A DNA stretch of 64,000 nucleotides, taken from a virus. Positions 62,521 to 64,000 of the stretch are shown piece by piece (within the stretch, counting starts at the first letter, position 1; each line of letters opens with the position of its first letter). The position numbers were made by a program, and so were the translations under genes. The notes beneath the pieces were generated by a model that was not told the DNA's origin, did not search any database, and saw only the letters and a list, made by a program, of their open reading frames with translations. The DNA is taken from IMG/VR virus record IMGVR_UViG_3300027908_000021, positions 1 through 64,000 of that record; one strand, written 5' to 3'.

Positions 62521-63420
62521 ATGAACAAGTTGGCCACCGAACAACGTGCTCAAATCCTTTCGGCCCTCGTGGAAGGCAATTCGATCAACGCAACGTGCCG
62601 TCTCTTCGGCGCGAACAAGGTCACCGTCCTTCGATTGCTGGCCGATGCCGGAACGCTCGCGAAGGACTTTCACGATAAGGTCGTCCGCAATCTCTCGACT
62701 AAGCATGTCCAGCTTGACGAGATTTGGAGCTTCGTCGGCAGCAAGAACAAGAACGTCCAGTCGAAGAACTGGGGCAAAGGCCATGGCGATTGCTGGACAT
62801 GGGTTTCGATGGATGCTGATTCCAAACTGGTCATCAACTGGGCTGTCGGCGGGCGCGATGCGGGTTCCGGTCATCCGTTCGTCCAAGACCTTGCGGATCG
62901 TCTTATGGACCGCGTGCAAATCACGTCGGACGGATGGCAAGTCTACCGCAACGCGATCAAACTGGCCTTTGGCGATGATGTTGACTACGCGATGCTCGTA
63001 AAAGAGTACCAAACCGAGCGGGCTGGATTTGCACGTTACAGTCCTTCCCGGATCGTCTCATGTGCGGCTACGGTCATTGCGGGAAATCCGGAGCGTGAGC
63101 ACATCAACACGAGCTACGTTGAGCGGCAAAACCTCACGATGCGAATGGGATCACGACGCTTCACCCGGCTTACAAATGCCTTCAGCAAAAAGATCGAGAA
63201 CCACAGGCATGCGATCGCGCTGCACTACTTCCACTACAATTTCATCCGCAAGCACATGACACTAAAGACGACGCCTGCCGTTGCGGCGGGTATCACCAAT
63301 CAGGTATGCACCATGGTAGAATTCGTGCAGATGCTGGAGCGGCAAGAGGCTCGCGTTGGCGGAAGGGTAACGGATTACAAACCCGCCGCGTCAAAACGGC
63401 GGAATCGGGATCAGCGGTGA
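62521..63420 (+). CDS. IS1-family DDE transposase (single-ORF type)
   Basis: N-terminal HTH; LDEIWSFVGSK, ITSDGWQVY and NTSYVERQNLTMRMGSRRFTRLTNAFSKKIENH are colinear with IS1 InsB motifs. Confidence 0.8.
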   Translation: MNKLATEQRAQILSALVEGNSINATCRLFGANKVTVLRLLADAGTLAKDFHDKVVRNLSTKHVQLDEIWSFVGSKNKNVQSKNWGKGHGDCWTWVSMDADSKLVINWAVGGRDAGSGHPFVQDLADRLMDRVQITSDGWQVYRNAIKLAFGDDVDYAMLVKEYQTERAGFARYSPSRIVSCAATVIAGNPEREHINTSYVERQNLTMRMGSRRFTRLTNAFSKKIENHRHAIALHYFHYNFIRKHMTLKTTPAVAAGITNQVCTMVEFVQMLERQEARVGGRVTDYKPAASKRRNRDQR

Positions 63421-63430
63421 AAGTATACCA

Positions 63431-63604
63431 CTACCCAATAACGTCACCTAACATGAAGCCCAGATAAAGCACCCAAGCAGCAGGCCACAACAATCCAGCA
63501 AGAGTGATTTTAATCAACGACAAGTCCTCGTAAGCATCAAAGTTTCCTACAAGTTGAACCATGCAACCTAAAACGCCGCCTATATAAATCCATAGTAACC
63601 ACAT
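63431..63604 (-). CDS. small two-TM membrane protein, 3' end replaced by the IS insertion
   Basis: MWLLWIYIGGVLGCMV...LLWPAAWVLYLGFML. Its stop codon TAG lies inside the right IR. Without the IS the frame would continue for 16 more codons. Confidence 0.45.
   Translation of the reverse strand: MWLLWIYIGGVLGCMVQLVGNFDAYEDLSLIKITLAGLLWPAAWVLYLGFMLGDVIG
63436..63443. repeat. target-site duplication CAATAACG (right copy)
   Basis: See the left copy. Confidence 0.8.
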
Positions 63605-63610
63605 ATCTTC

Positions 63611-63618
63611 ATTATACA
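63611..63618 (-). promoter_or_regulatory. extended -10 TGTATAAT, 6 nt upstream of ATG 63604 (candidate leaderless)
   Basis: Minus strand reads tgTATAATgaagatATG. Confidence 0.4.
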
Positions 63619-64000
63619 CTACTCACTGTAGTAACCACTCGTGCAAGTTCTACAAAGCAGCGGTTTCGATTCGTCCTCATGTGCTGCCAACAATTCCAAG
63701 TATTCCGGCTTCTTGAAAACGTCTTCGTACCGTTCGTGATTCAAATCGCCTAAGATATGCTCCAACTTCCATGACTCGCAACAAAGGGTCAGCTTACCGT
63801 TTGGCAGCAAGTGGCCCCGCTCCAGCCACAAGCAACGTTTCAGCGTTCCCTTGTGCCGCTCCACGGTCGGCATTACCGCAACGTTGTTCGCTCTACTGTG
63901 CAGCGTCGTGAAGAAATCCTTCGGTTCGGCAGCATCAACAATTGCCTTGATTTCTTTACTGAGGATACCGAAGTAGACAAAGCACTTATGGCAGGGGTTA
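63619..64000 (-). CDS. Cys-rich protein with a SPASM/twitch-like C-terminus; N-terminus beyond the window (possible radical SAM enzyme)
   Basis: The frame is open to the window edge. The edge reads ..NPCHKCFVY (could be the end of Cx3Cx2C). The C-terminus reads LLPNGKLTLCCES..LGDL..Y.DVF......C..C. Confidence 0.35.
   Translation of the reverse strand, partial: NPCHKCFVYFGILSKEIKAIVDAAEPKDFFTTLHSRANNVAVMPTVERHKGTLKRCLWLERGHLLPNGKLTLCCESWKLEHILGDLNHERYEDVFKKPEYLELLAAHEDESKPLLCRTCTSGYYSE

Larger units (their letters stand above)
61187..63435 (+). mobile_element. IS1-family insertion element with passenger genes (2249 bp)
   Basis: Perfect 16-bp terminal inverted repeats: GGTAGTGGTATACTTT (61187-61202) and its reverse complement (63420-63435). 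8-bp direct repeats flank it, it is visibly GC-richer than the flanks, and the transposase stop abuts the right IR. Confidence 0.85.

Noticed and set aside
62437-63012. N-terminal 192 codons of the 258-aa minus-strand ORF 62236..63012
   Set aside because: They are antisense to the IS1-family transposase, which has clear motifs. Only the last 66 codons (an RHH-like protein with its own ATG at 62436, outside the transposase gene) were kept.
63619-64000. Confident radical SAM annotation
   Set aside because: Only the C-terminal ~125 residues are visible. A SPASM-like Cys pattern is present, but the Cx3Cx2C motif, if any, is cut by the window edge, and the distance to the C-terminus is short for a full radical SAM core.

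Overview
This is a 64-kb, gene-dense segment of a tailed dsDNA phage (free genome or prophage). It uses the standard genetic code and has moderate GC apart from one GC-rich insertion. There is no rRNA and no CRISPR array.

Layout:
(i) 1-33586: one long minus-strand replication/recombination module. It holds a FEN, SbcCD, Nudix, an Hjc-like resolvase, RecA, a gp32-like SSB, a UvrD-like helicase, a gamma-like clamp loader, a DHH phosphoesterase, a UDG-fused family-A DNA polymerase, two DNA methyltransferases, two SNF2 helicases, a beta clamp, a sigma-like protein, a primase, tRNA-Phe, a frameshifted pentapeptide-repeat gene, an AAA+ ATPase, and a winged-helix initiator-like gene with internal iterons.
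(ii) 33587-34244: a divergent control region with a long structured leader and a GIY-YIG relic.
(iii) 34245-36249 and 42844-47526: plus-strand operons of small genes behind near-identical sigma70-type promoters (DUF932, ParB-like, Spo11/TopoVI-A-like).
(iv) 36349-42734: a minus-strand block with a DnaB-like helicase, a HAD phosphatase, an atypical 91-nt tRNA-like gene and an HNH endonuclease.
(v) 47498-61122: a tail module (chaperone-like pair, tape-measure-like protein, distal-tail-like protein, Cys-rich collagen-like fibre). It is interleaved with an Erv1/ALR-like sulfhydryl oxidase, GT1, GT17, an FkbM methyltransferase and a PhyH-like dioxygenase.
(vi) 61187-63435: a GC-rich IS1-family element with cargo genes, 16-bp inverted repeats and an 8-bp target duplication.
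(vii) 63619-64000: a partial Cys-rich SPASM-like gene.

Most interesting candidates:
- A phage-encoded virion maturation toolkit: thiol oxidase plus hydroxylase/glycosyl/methyl transferases next to a 22-Cys collagen-like fibre.
- An orphan Spo11/TopoVI-A-like protein.
- Widespread apparently leaderless genes (TATAAT-N6-ATG).
- An origin-like iteron array inside a gene.
- An aberrant tRNA-like gene.

All functional calls come from motif reading by eye; no database search was run.
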